NCBI GenBank assembly: GCA_002269645.1
Contig: NIVC01000303.1
Coordinates: 441,819 to 505,818 of the forward strand
Length of the DNA: 64,000 bases
Source: Macrostomum lignano
Taxonomy: Eukaryota
Reading direction: 5' to 3'
A program made the position numbers and the translations under genes. The notes under the pieces are model-generated. The model was not told where the DNA came from and ran no database searches. It was given only the letters and a program-made list of their open reading frames with translations. Shown here piece by piece: positions 1-12,190 of this stretch. Position 1 is the stretch's first letter. Every line of letters begins with the position of its first letter.

Positions 1-3000
1 TCTCTGTCCTCTCCTCTCCTCTCCTGTCCTCTCCTGTCCTCTCCTGTCCTCTCCTGTTCCGTCCTCTCCTCTCCTCTCCTCTCCTGTTCTGTCCTCTCCT
101 GTCCTCTCCTGTCCTCTCCTGTCCTGTCCTCTCCTATCCTCTCCTCTCTTTTCTCCTCTTCTCTCCTCTCCTCTCCTGTCGTCTCCTGTCCTTTCCTGTC
201 CTCTCCTGTCTCTCCTCTCCTCTCCTTCCTCTCTCTCCTCTCCTGTTCTGCTCTCCTCCCCTCTCCTGTCCTCTCCTCTCCTCTTCCTGTCCTCTCCTCT
301 CCTCTCCTGTCCTCTCCTCTCCTCTCCTCTCCTCTCTGTCCTCTCCTCTCCTCTCCTGTCGTCTCCTGTCCTGTCCTGTCCTTTTCTGTCCTCTCCTGTC
401 CTTTCCTCTCCTCTCTTCTCCTCTCCTGTCCTCTCCTCTCCTCTCCTCTCCTGTCGTCTCCTGTCCTCTCCTGTCCTCTCCTGTTCCGTCCTCTCCTCTC
501 CTCTCCTCTCCTGTTCTGTCCTCTCCTGTCCTCTCCTGTCCTCTCCTGTCCTGTCCTCTCCTATCCTCTCCTCTCTTTTCTCCTCTTCTCTCCTCTCCTC
601 TCCTGTCGTCTCCTGTCCTTTCCTGTCCTCTCCTGTCCTCTCCTCTCCTCTCCTCTCCTCTCCTCTCCTCTCCTGTTCTGTCCTCTCCTCCCCTCTCCTG
701 TCCTCTCCTCTCCTCTCCTGTCGTCTCCTGTCCTCTCCTCTCCTCTCTTCTCCTCTCTGTCCTTTTCTCTCCTCTCCTGTCGTCTCCTGTCCTCTCCTCT
801 CCTCTCCTGTCATCTCCTATCCTTTCCTGTCCTTTCCTGTCCTCTCCTGTCCTCTCCTGTCCTCTCTTGTCCTCTCCTGTCCTCTCCTGTCCTCTCCTCT
901 CCTCTCCCTCCTCTCTGTCCTCTCCCTCTCCTCTCCTGTCGTCTCCTGTCCTTTCCTGTCCTCTCCTGTCCTTCTCCTCTCCTCTCCTCTCCTGTTCCTG
1001 TCCTCTCCTGTCCTCTCCTGTCCTCTCCTGTCGTCTCCTGTCCTTTCCTGACCTCTCCTGTTCTGTCCTCTCCTGTCCTCTCCTGTCCTGTCCTCTCCTA
1101 TCCTCTCCTTTCTTTTTTCCTCTTCTCTCCTCTCCTCTCCTCTCCTGTTCTGTCCTCTCCTCTCCTTTCCTCTCCTCTCCTGTCCTCTCCTGTCCTCTCC
1201 TGTTTTCTCCTCTCCTCTCTTCTCCTCTCTGTCCTTTCCTCTTCTCTCCTGTCGTCTCCTGTCCTCTCCTGTTCTGTCCTCTCCTCTCCTCTCCTCTCCT
1301 GTTCTGTCCTCTCCTGTCCTCTCCTGTCCTCTCCTGTCCTGTCCTCTCCTATCCTCTCCTCTCTTTTCTCCTCTTCTCTCCTCTCCTCTCCTTTCGTCTC
1401 CTGTCCTTTCCTGTCCTCTCCTGTCCTCTCCTCTCCTCTCCTCTCCTCTCCTCTCCTCTCCTGTTCTGTCCTCTCCTCCCCTCTCCTGTCCTCTCCTCTC
1501 CTCTCCTGTCCTCTCCTCTCCTCTCCTGTCCTCTCCTCTCCTCTCCTCTCCTCTCTGTCCTCTCCTCTCCTCTCCTGTCGTCTCCTGTCCTTTCCTGTCC
1601 TTTCCTGTCCTCTCCTGTCCTTTCCTCTCCTCTCCTGTCCTCTCCTGTCCTCTCTTCTCCTCTCCTGTCCTCTCCTCTCCTCTCCTGTCCTCTCCTGTCC
1701 TCTCTTCTCCTCTCCTGTCCTCTCCTCTCCTCTCCTCTCCTGTCCTCTCCTGTCCTCTCCTCTCCTCTCTTCTCTCTCTCTGTCCTCTCCTCTCCTCTCC
1801 TGTCCTCTCCTGTCCTCTCCTGTCCTCTCCTGTTCCGTCCTCTCCTCTCCTCTCCTCTCCTGTTCTGTCCTCTCCTGTCCTCTCCTGTCCTCTCCTGTCC
1901 TGTCCTCTTCTATCCTCTCCTCTCTTTTCTCGTCTTCTCTCCTCTCCTCTCCTGTCGTCTCCTGTCCTTTCCTGTCCTCTCCTGTCCTCTCCTCTCCTCT
2001 CCTCTCCTCTCCTCTCCTCTCCTGTTCTGTCCTCTCCTCCCCTCTCCTGTCCTCTCCTCTCCTCTCCTGTCCTCTCCTCTCCTCTCCTGTCCTCTCCTCT
2101 CCTCTCCTCTCCTCTCTGTCCTCTCCTCTCCTCTCCTGTCGTCTCCTGTCCTTTCCTGTCCTTTCCTGTCCTCTCCTGTCCTTTCCTCTCCTCTCCTGTC
2201 CTCTCCTGTCCTCTCTTCTCCTCTCCTGTCCTCTCCTCTCCTCTCCTCTCCTGTCGTCTCCTGTCCTCTCCTGTCCTCTCCTGTTCCGTCCTCTCCTCTC
2301 CTCTCGTCTCCTGTTCTGTCCTCTCCTGTCCTCTCCTGTCCTCTCCTGTCCTGTCCTCTCCTATCCTCTCCTCTCTTTTCTCCTCTTCTCTCCTCTCCTC
2401 TCCTGTCGTCTCCTGTCCTTTCCTGTCCTCTCCTGTCCTCTCCTCTCCTCTCCTCTCCTCTCCTCTCCTCTCCTGTTCTGTCCTCTCCTCCCCTCTCCTG
2501 TCCTCTCCTCTCCTCTCCTGTCGTCTCCTGTCCTCTCCTCTCCTCTCTTCTCCTCTCTGTCCTCTCCTCTCCTCTCCTGTCGTCTCCTGTCCTCTCCTCT
2601 CCTCTCCTGTCATCTCCTATCCTTTCCTGTCCTTTCCTGTCCTCTCCTGTCCTCTCCTGTCCTCTCTTGTCCTCTCCTGTCCTCTCCTGTCCTCTCCTCT
2701 CCTCTCCTCTCCTCTCTGTCCTCTCCTCTCCTCTCCTGTCGTCTCCTGTCCTTTCCTGTCCTCTCCTGTCCTCTCCTCTCCTCTCCTCTCCTGTTCTGTC
2801 CTCTCCTGTCCTCTCCTGTCCTCTCCTGTCGTCTCCTGTCCTTTCCTGACCTCTCCTGTTCTGTCCTCTCCTGTCCTCTCCTGTCCTGTCCTCTCCTATC
2901 CTCTCCTTTCTTTTTTCCTCTTCTCTCCTCTCCTCTCCTCTCCTGTTCTGTCCTCTCCTCTCCTTTCCTCTCCTCTCCTGTCCTCTCCTGTCCTCTCCTG

Positions 3001-5910
3001 TTTTCTCCTCTCCTCTCTTCTCCTCTCTGTCCTTTCCTCTTCTCTCCTGTCGTCTCCTGTCCTCTCCTGTCCTCTCCTGTTCTGTCCTCTCCTCTCCTCT
3101 CCTCTCCTGTTCTGTCCTCTCCTGTCCTCTCCTGTCCTCTCCTGTCCTGTCCTCTCCTATCCTCTCCTCTCTTTTCTCCTCTTCTCTCCTCTCCTCTCCT
3201 GTCGTCTCCTGTCCTCTGCTGTCCTCTCCTGTTCTTTCCTGTCCTTTCCTCTCCTGTCCTGTCCTCTCCCATCCTCTCCTCTCTTTTCTCCTCTTCTCTC
3301 CTCTCCTCTCCTGTCGTCTCCTGTCCTCTCCTGTCCTCTCCTCTCCTCTCCTCTCCTCTCCTCTCCTCTCCTCTCCTCTCCTCTCCTCTCCTGTTCTGTC
3401 CTCTCCTCCCCTCTCCTGTCCTCTCCTCTCCTCTCCTGTCCTCTCCTGTCCTCTCCTGTCCTCTCCTGTCCTGTCCTCTCCTATCCTCTCCTCTATTTTC
3501 TCCTCTTCTCTCCTCTCCTCTCCTCTCCTGTTCTGTCCTCTCCACTCCTCTCCTGTCCTCTCCTGTCCTCTCCTGTCCTCTCCTCTGCTCTCTTCTCCTC
3601 TGTGTCGTCTCCTCTCCTCTCCTGTCGTCTCCTGTCCTCTCCTCTCCTCTCCTGTCCTCTCCTGTCCTTTCCTGTCCTTTCCTGTCCTCTCCTGTCCTCT
3701 CCTGTCCTCTCCTGTCCTCTCCTCTCCTGTCCTCTCCTCTCCTCTCTTCTCCTCTCTGTCCTCTCCTCTCCTCTCCTGTCGTCTCCTGTCTTTTTCTGTC
3801 CTCTTCTGTCCTCTCCTCTCCTCTCCTCTCCTCTCCTGTTCTGTCCTCTCCTCCCCTCTTCTGTCCTCTCCTCTCCTCTCCTGTCCTCTCCTGTCCTGTC
3901 CTCTCCTATCCTCTCCTCTCTTTTCTCCTCTTCTCTCCTCTCCTCTCCTGTCGTCTCCTGTCCTCTCCTGTCCTCTCCTCTCCTCTCCTCTCCTCTCCTC
4001 TCCTCTCCTCTCCTGTTCTGTCTTCTCCTCCCCTCTCCTGTCCTCTCCTCTCCTCTCCTGTCCTCTCCTGTCCTCTCCTGTCCTTTCCTGTCCTCACCTG
4101 TCGTCTCCTGTCCTTTCCTGACCTTTCCTGTCCTCTCCTCTCCTCTCCTCTCCTCTCCTCTCCTCTCCTGTTCTGTCCTCTCCGCCCCTCTCCTGTCCTC
4201 TCCTCTCCTCTCCTGTCGTCTCCTGTCCTCTCCTCTCCTCTCTTCTCCTCTCTGTCCTCTCCTCTCCTGTCGTCTCCTGTCCTTTCCTGTCCTTTCCTGT
4301 CCTCTCCTGTCCTCTCCTGTCCTCTTCTCTCCTCTCTTCTCCTCTCTGTCCTCTCCTCTCCTCTCCTGTCGTCTCCTGTCGTCTCCTGTCCTCTCCTGTT
4401 CTGTCCTCTCCTCTCCTCTCCTCTCCTGTTCTGTCCTCTCCTGTCCTCTCCTGTCCTCTTCTGTCCTGTCCTCTCCTATCCTCTCCTCTCTTTTCTCCTC
4501 TTCTCTCCTCTCCTCTCCTCTCCTGTTCTGTCCTCTCCTGTCCTTTCCTGTCCTCTCCTGTCCTCTCCTCTCCTCTCTTCTCCTCTCTGTCCTCTCCTCT
4601 CCTCTCCTGTCGTCTCCTGTCCTCTTCTGTCCTCTCCTCTCCTCTCCTCTCCTCTCCTCTCCTCTCCTCTCCTCTCCTCTCCTGTTCTGTCCTCTCCTCC
4701 CCTCTCCTGTCCTTTCCTCTCCTCTCCTGTCCTCTCCTCTCCTCTCCTGTCCTCTCCTGTCCTCTCCTGTCCTCTCCTGTCCTGTCCTCTCCTATCCTTT
4801 CCTCTCTTTTCTCCTCTTCTCTCCTCTCCTCTCCTTTCCTGTTCTGTCCTCTCCTCTCCTCTCCTCTCCTCTCCTGTCCTCTCCTGTCCTCTCCTGTCCT
4901 CTCCTCTCCTCTCTTCTCCTCTCTGTCCTCTCCTCTCCTCTCCTTTCGTCTCCTGTCCTTTCCTGTCCTCTCCTGTCCTCTCCTCTCCTCTCCTCTCCTG
5001 TCCTCTTCTGTCCTCTCCTGTCCTCTCCTGTCCTCTCCTGTCCTGTCCTCTCCTATCCTCTCCTCTCTTTTCTCCTCTTCTCTCCTCTCCTCTTCTCTCC
5101 TGTTCTGTCCTCTCCTCTCCTCTCCTCTCCTCTCCTGTCCTCTCCTGTCCTCTCCTGTCCTCTCCTCTCCTCTCTTCTCCTCTCCTGTCCTCTCCTGTCC
5201 TCTCCTCTCCTCTCTTCTCCTCTCCTGTCCTCTCTTCTCCTCTCCTGTCCTCTCCTCTCCTCTCCTGTCCTCTCCTGTCCTCTCTTCTCCTCTCCTGTCC
5301 TCTCCTCTCCTCTCCTCTCCTGTCCTCTCCTGTCCTCTCCTGTCCTCTCCTGTCCTCTCCTGTTCTGTCCTCTCCTCTCCTCTCCTCTCCTCTCCTCTCC
5401 TGTTCTGTCCTCTCCTCCCCTCTCCTGTCCTCTCCTCTCCTCTCCTGTCGTCTCCTGTCCTTTCCTGCCCTCTCCTGTCCTCTCCTCTCCTCTCCTGTCC
5501 TCTCCTGTCCTCTCCTGTCCTCTCCTGTCCTCTCCTGTTCTGTCCTCTCCTCTCCTCTCCTCTCCTCTCCTCTCCTGTTCTGTCCTCTCCTCCCCTCTCC
5601 TGTCCTCTCCTCTCCTCTCCTGTCGTCTCCTGTCCTTTCCTGTCCTCTCCTGTCCTCTCCTCTCCTCTCCTCTCCTGTTCTGTCCTCTCCTGTCCTCTCC
5701 TGGCCTCTCCTGTCCTGTCCTCTCCTGTCCTTTCCTTTCCTATCCTCTCCTGTCCTTTCCTATCCTCTCCTCTCTTTTCTTTTCTTCTCTCCTCTTCTAT
5801 CTTTTCTCTTTTTTCATCTCTCCTCTCCTTTTGTCTCCTCTCATCTCCTTTATTCTTTTGCCTCTCCCTTCTCCTATTTCTCTTCTAAATTTCCTCTCCT
5901 CTCACTTCCT
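1..5910. repeat. CT-rich pentamer satellite (CTCCT/CTGTC mosaic) with higher-order duplications; runs off the left edge of the window
   Basis: Continuous CTCCT/CTGTC units with recurring rare variants (GTCGTC, CTATCC, GTTCCG). It degenerates to irregular CT sequence after ~5760. Confidence 0.98.
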
Positions 5911-6499
5911 CTGGCCTGCAGTCATGCGCTGGGTTCTGTATAACTTTAGGAATACGAACCAAAGACAACGCTCGTAGCTAACATCTTCGTACTTTGATAG
6001 ATGGCCAGTTAGCTAACACATAATATTATTGCAGTCCATCAAAATGCCTTCGTCTTTTTATGTACATGTATGTACGTCTGTTAACCTGACCTACGGAAGT
6101 TTTATTAACAGACTTTTCAGACTGGATGAAAAGCTAAATCAAAGAGTTAATTTTATTTTGGATGCACTTTAAATTAGTTTCTGTTTTGCAGCCGATTTTT
6201 TTTTCGAAGATTTTAATCGTTTTGAAATCGAGAACATTCATTATCAAATAGGGCTTGACAGGGATCTGAAAATGCGCGATTCTTGAGCATCATGGAATTT
6301 TTTGAGCATCAGCAACCGCTTTAAAGTAAAGCAAATATAGCCAGCTACAAAGAAAGCGATAACCAGTTTAGGGCGTGGCCTTATTTAAAAAAAATTCCTA
6401 AGCATGAACAATCTAACAAAAACGAATCGACAACAATTAAAAGGCTTCAAGGACTTCCATGATGATTTGCCTATCTAATAGAGCAGCTTTCTAACGTTT

Positions 6500-9230
6500 A
6501 GAAACCGCCCATGTTTGCTGCATAGAAATTTCGATTTCTTTATCGGTCGCAAAGGTGATCAGCTCGTCTATCTGCCTGGGGGTGGCCGAGGTATTTGTGC
6601 CGCGCCTTATTGAAGTAAAAGCAGAAGGTGACGTGATGCCTCGCGGTCTCCTTCTATGCCACAGAAAGGACAGGTGGGAGGGCAACCGGTTTGCAACGAG
6701 ATATGTTTTTGGAAGAAGCCATGCCGGTTAGAACCATGCACATCTCCCCGAGGTCGGCTCTGTTAAGCGAGATCAGATAATCAGAGACTTTCCTGTTCAG
6801 GTTAGGCATTGCAGAGCGGGTCAGCATGTAGTTGGTGCAACTGTTCCAGTGGAGCTGGTGTTGCTGGCGGAGCCACCTGTTAATATGGCGGGTGATTTGC
6901 GACCTAGGCATGGGTAGCCTCATCATGATCAGACATTGGTTTGCCATCTGGGTTGCTGCTCTCCTTTGCGAGAGAATCCGCGAGCTCGGTGCCCAGGATA
7001 TTGTTGTCACCGTGTGTCCAGATGAAAGCTGCTGTTTCAACACCGGACGGCCTATCGGACTTTTTTGAGACATCCTCCGGGGTGCTTCAAGGAGAAACGC
7101 TTGCGCCGTTCCTATTCGCTCTGGTGCTTGACTGGGTGCTGCGGACCGCTCTTCATACCAACGACAACGGCTTTCTGTTGCTCGGCTACGCTGATCATCT
7201 CGCTTTGCTGTCCTCAACTGTCGAGGGCGCCCAGCCACAACTGAACAAGTTGCGGCGAGTGTCGGCCTGGTGGTCAACACGCAGAAGACCGTCGTGCTCT
7301 GCGTGCCGGACGACATCGAGGCTGCGATTTTATGCCGAGGCGTTGATGGACAGGCGACAGAGCTTCCGCGTTTTCAGCAGTACATCTACCTCGGCGGTCT
7401 GGTTTCCGGCGTCCGCGAGGATCTGCGGCGTCGCTGCGGGCTTGCCTGGGCTGCCTTTCGTTCTGTGAGGGCAGTCCTGCAGTCTGAGGCCTTACCTAAC
7501 CGCCAGATGGCGGCGTTGTTCCAGGCGGTGATCGAGACCGTCCTGCTGTACAACGCCGAGACCTGGACGCTGACGGAGTCACTCGAGCAGCAAGTTGACG
7601 CGGCGCACACTGGCCTGCTGCGTGCCGCCTTTAAGATCGGCTACGAGCGAGTGACCAACGCAGCTTTGTATCGCCGCGCCGGCCTGGTCCGTCCAAGTGA
7701 CCTGCTGCGCCGTCGGCGACTCCAGCTGGCAGGCCACATCATCCGCGCCGAGTCGTACTGCCCAGAACCAGTCTGCTGCTAACGCTGCAGACACCCTACC
7801 GGCGGGGGCAGGCGCGCACTCGGCGTTTTGTCAACTGCCTGCTGGCTGACGCCGGCGCCCCGGATTCGGCCGGCGGCGTGGCGTTCATTCGCGACCTGGC
7901 CTCGAGGCGCGCCCTGTGACTCTACCTGCGTATTCTGTTGTTGTTGTTTTCAAAGGCGATGTTTCTACCATAAAAGGTGAGTTTTTGCATCTCCAACGCA
8001 CGACGCTGATTTTTAGGCCTTGCTGAGTGGCCCAGCCCAGTCTGCCGCCTTGTTGGCGAATTGCTGCATCAGGTTGCGAAGTCGTCCACATAGCCCGCCC
8101 TGGTGATGCTGCTGGGAATGTCAGCGATCAGGGGCTCGTCCATGACGAGTTTCCACAGAAGTGGAGGGGGCACGCCGCCTTTCATCACCGCTTGGGTGCA
8201 GATAGCGCCCATAAGCCTGAAAGTCACAAGCCTGTTGCGGAGTAAAAAATTGGTCCAGCGAACAATGCTGTGTCTCGCATTCCTGCGGGAAAGGGAGTTG
8301 ATAAAATGGCTGAAATTTTGAAAATTTTCAAAGGCTCCCTTGATGTCAACGAACATCCCGTAAAAGAACTGCCTGCAAGGATGGCGCTCTCGGATCTTAG
8401 AAGTAACAGCATGAAGCGAATGTTCAGTGGTCTTCCCCGGCTGGAAGACGTACTGATACTTACTCGCGAAGCCTCCACAGGATGAGCGTCTCCACCAGCT
8501 TAATGCAGTAAGAGGTGTGGCTGGTAGGGCGGAAAGATTTCACATTGGTATAATCACCCATAGTGGGCTTCTGGATAAACACGACGCTGGACGTTCTCCA
8601 GGTAGTGGGGATGTAGCCTGTACTAGTAGTAAAACAGTCGATGAGCAACTTAGAGAGAAAATCAGAAAAACTTTGCAGCTGAAGAGTCTTCTGAAGAATA
8701 TAGACCCGGGGGCGATGTTGTTGGGGCCTGGCGATTTGAACGGTTTAAACGAATTTGCTGATAGCGGAACCAACGGGGGGCTGGCGAACTGTTGAAAAAG
8801 TGCGCCGTCGCTGGATCTGTGGTCTTCGACCACATACTCCGGGTCTTCAACCTATGAAAAGCAGGTGGCGAATAATAGATGCGGCACTGGTAGTATAGTT
8901 ACCGTCCAGGTGCAGTCGGGAGTTGCACTGAGCGAACGTGTCGTGCCTGAGGGACCTGACCAACCAAGTCGTAGGGTGCTGCCCCTCAAGACTGGCGCAG
9001 TGGGCCTTGGAGGTGGTCTTCTTAGCCTTTCAGGTGCTACTTTTGTAGGTCCTTAGCGCAGAATGGTAGTTCTCCAAGTCCTCTGGGATGTTTGAGCCGT
9101 TTGCTAGGCGATACAGCCGGCGGGTGTTCTTCATGCGAGTAAACTCAGGACTCCACCAGGGAGAGTATTTATTCCTAGAATTGGACCATGTACCAATATT
9201 AAACACACAGACTATAGAGGAAAGCAAGAT
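6500..9230 (-). mobile_element. Decayed LOA/Lian-like non-LTR retrotransposon (RT, RNase H, CCHC knuckle), interrupted by an RTE-like insertion
   Basis: Minus-strand fragments in the expected order: PWWSPEF..RRLYR (9030-9230), KSPGPNNI, YIPTTWRTSSVVFIQKP..KSFRPTS, FVDIKGAF..GGVPPPLLWKLVMD..YVDD, RNase H remnant [22 protein letters not shown], and [14 protein letters not shown] across frameshifts. Confidence 0.8.
7041..7947 (+). mobile_element. 5'-truncated RTE-like non-LTR retrotransposon with (TGT)n tail
   Basis: RT motifs [25 protein letters not shown] and VLLYNAETWTLT. It ends in GTTGTTGTTGT. TTTCAA is present on both sides (7035-7040, 7948-7953). Confidence 0.85.
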
Positions 9231-9627
9231 GGACTGAGCAGGTGCAACACTGCCGCTTACTCGAAAATAGACTATAATTATAAATGATGAAGAATAAAAT
9301 AGTTCGGAGTTCTGATATATCTTTCGTTCAGCCATTTGTAAAACTGGTTGGAAAGAATTGCATTCCAAATATTAAATTAGCTATGAATTTAAAGTACATA
9401 GATTTTCCGCTCTTTGCTTAGTTGTATTAGATCCTTGGGAGTTTGCGATCGATTTTAATTACCATAATCTAAGCTCGTATACGAGTTAGTATAGGCTCAA
9501 TATTTCCAGAAATTCCTAGACTGTTTTTTCTAGCTTATTATGCCACAAATCCTTAACAAATTGATAGGCCACTTCGTATTAACTCATAGTTGTGAGTTTT
9601 ATGTCCTTCTGCTGCAGCTGTCTAGGC

Positions 9628-11833
9628 ATGCACACTTTTCCAGGCTAAGTTAAAAACAACTTATATTTTCGTCTGACTTCCACCAAGACGCTATTTCGGT
9701 TATTTAAAAAAATTGTGCATCTGTGCATCTGCTAAACGGTTGCATATGCGGCAGGGAGTTTACCAATCATTGCATCGGATACAACAGTTCAGCTGTAGGT
9801 ATTCGACTTCATAATCTCACTCAAGCCAGAGTATGAAACTGTACATCATCGTGGATGGCGTTTTCTGTATATAATTTAAACATAAACCGTACTGCCAAAA
9901 ATTGCCTAATTGTGTATATGCATACAGTATGTTTCGTCTTCTGGCAACCTCTAAACGCGAAGATGACAAATATTAATAAGAAAAACAGTGTTTAAAATTC
10001 TTTACAAAAGTATCAATTAAGTATGCTCAGTAGTGTTAAACAAAAGAACGTGACGATAGTACAATTCGGCTGCGTTTGTGACTTTTTTAACATTTATAAA
10101 ACGCATTTTTATTCTAAGTTATACTGCAAAAGTTGTTCATGCGTGATATGTATATTTTCATTCGACTCAACAACCGACGTCTCTCTATACAACGACATTT
10201 TATGCTGAGGTTTATTGTCTTTTGCTTCCTGCGCTTTCAGATTTATACAACATAAGGCTACGTAGCTCACTATGAGCATTAGTGAGCGCTAAAACTCGGG
10301 AAGACCGCATAAAAAACCAGATACGGAAATGTGTTTCTCCTTCCCGAGTTCTTGATGATGTTTCTCACTGCTCCGAAAGTAGCTAGATAGTACCGTTGTA
10401 GTACCTATCGATTTGCCTGGAAAAGAACCTAAAAACATTAGCCTTAGACTTGGTAGGGTTGCTGCCACCTTGGTGTGCGGACTCGACGCGTCGGCAGAGT
10501 TGTCTATCCGTCACCTGAAATAAAATAACGAAGTCGCTCGGAGCAGAGCAAATCTGAAAAATGTCGAGACAGTCGATCCTCTTAGTAGAATGCTGCTCGA
10601 ACCTGAAAACCTGTAAACCTGAAATGAGAGAGGAGAGCTCGGAGGAGGCTTCACGAGTTAACCACGATGCTCCGCGAGATGACGCAGTCTGGAGAAAAAC
10701 AGCTCCCAGATGCTCCGTATTTATAGCCGAGCGGACCCCCAAAAGTCACGTGAGTTTCATGCGGTGAGCGCGTGAAACTTCCTTATTTGGTCCTCAGAAT
10801 CATGCGAGCGATGCGTGATCCAAGGCCAACTTCCAAATAAGGTAACCTGTCACTCTGCTGTGGCATGACTCAAGGTCAGCTGCCACGCAAAACTAGCATG
10901 CACAGTCACCGGCTTTTCTGTGCTAAAAATAGAACTTGGGCGGATGAGTCATCCTGTTTACTCCCTCTAGGCAGCCTTTACACTCCGCACAGGTGATGAG
11001 TCATCCTGCTATGCCTCCTCAGCGCGAGTGGGAAGACATTGAGTGTGGCTGCCCGCGCCTGCTCGGGCGATGAGTCATCGGGCAGTAAACGCTTCGGCCC
11101 AGCACAGGGTGACTCTCTTTCTAGATCAGGTGGACTGAGCTGCTGTGCAGCGGACCACAGCGCTCGTAGGAACAGCTAGTGAATGCTGCTGAATAGCCAG
11201 TTAGCAGCCAGTCACTACAGAAATAACAAATAGTAGCTACTTGGTTGGCATTGCTATGGTAGCGGAAGGCACTCAATTCTGGATACATGTGGCTTACATG
11301 GAAAAGGAAGTCTCCAAACCGAGCAGTAGATACGTAGCTAGCTTAGATACCGCCTTTGTGAGTCAAATTTTATTTTCTCATAAGACCATTTACTGCTCAA
11401 TTTATTATACTATCCATGCAATGTATCTCTCAAGCTGACAAAGATGAATACAATAGCAACTTGCGTTTCGTGTATCAAGAGTAGTATAGACTAAACAGTA
11501 GTGTTTTAAAGCTCCCAATTCAGACAACGAAAATTCTAGATTTCATATACATAAAGTGACCTGATAAAAATAACTTTGATTACTAATAGCCAACAGGTAT
11601 AGCTGTCCATATCACACAGTTGTGTGGTAGCAACTCCCATCGTCTTCTACAGCTGCTCAAAGCTGCATCCCTTCATGTCAGGGGTGAGCGTTTATTGCGT
11701 GAAACATTACGCTGACTCCTGAGCACACTACAAGCGCGCTAATAATGTACACAGGCACGCACTCATACATACATGTACGCTTACACAGGTTGTACTGCGG
11801 TCCTGTCGTCCTGACTTTCTAATCGATAGGCAT
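9628..11833 (+). repeat. Copy A of a ~1.3 kb non-coding dispersed repeat (carries a solo-LTR insertion)
   Basis: Colinear and highly similar to 28598-29889 from ATGCACACTTTTCCAGG to TAGGCAT once 10330-11219 is removed. Confidence 0.92.
10330..11219. mobile_element. Probable solo LTR (890 bp, TGT...ACA, 4-bp TSD GAAA)
   Basis: Absent from the paralogous copy near 29284. Begins TGTG and ends CTACA. GAAA at 10326-10329 and 11220-11223. Confidence 0.75.
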
Positions 11834-12069
11834 GTAACTCTCTGTGCCTTTGGGGTTGGTCAGCATGATTAAAGCGACTCGAAAACACCCGGAAAATTTC
11901 GCATCCGGGCCCAAAGTTGATGTGACCGAGCCAGAAGTTGTGGACGCGAGATTTAGACATGTTTACCACTAAGCTTCTTTGCCTTGTCTAATCATTTTGG
12001 TACTGACCGTAATTATCTCTGCTTGAATTTCGGGTCCTGATGTTAATGCACATGTAGTGAGCCGCTGGT

Positions 12070-12190
12070 CACTAACCTAACCCGAACCCGAACCCTAACT
12101 GAACCCTAACCCTAAGTCAATCATAACTAAACTGTAACTTAAATGTAACCCTAACCCTAGCCATAACTTAACCTTAGCCCTAAGCCTGAC
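12070..12190. repeat. Degenerate telomere-like CCCTAA/CCCGAA patch
   Basis: CTAACCTAACCCGAACCCGAACCCTAACTGAACCCTAACCCTAAG and ACCCTAACCCTAGCC. Confidence 0.7.

Noticed and set aside
817-5977. Long ORFs of 311-791 aa (E/R/G-rich or S/P/L-rich)
   Set aside because: These are translations of a pentamer satellite that lacks stop codons. There is no domain content, and most have non-ATG starts.
12070-12190. True telomere or chromosome fusion site
   Set aside because: The patch is short, degenerate and single-orientation, with no head-to-head arrays.
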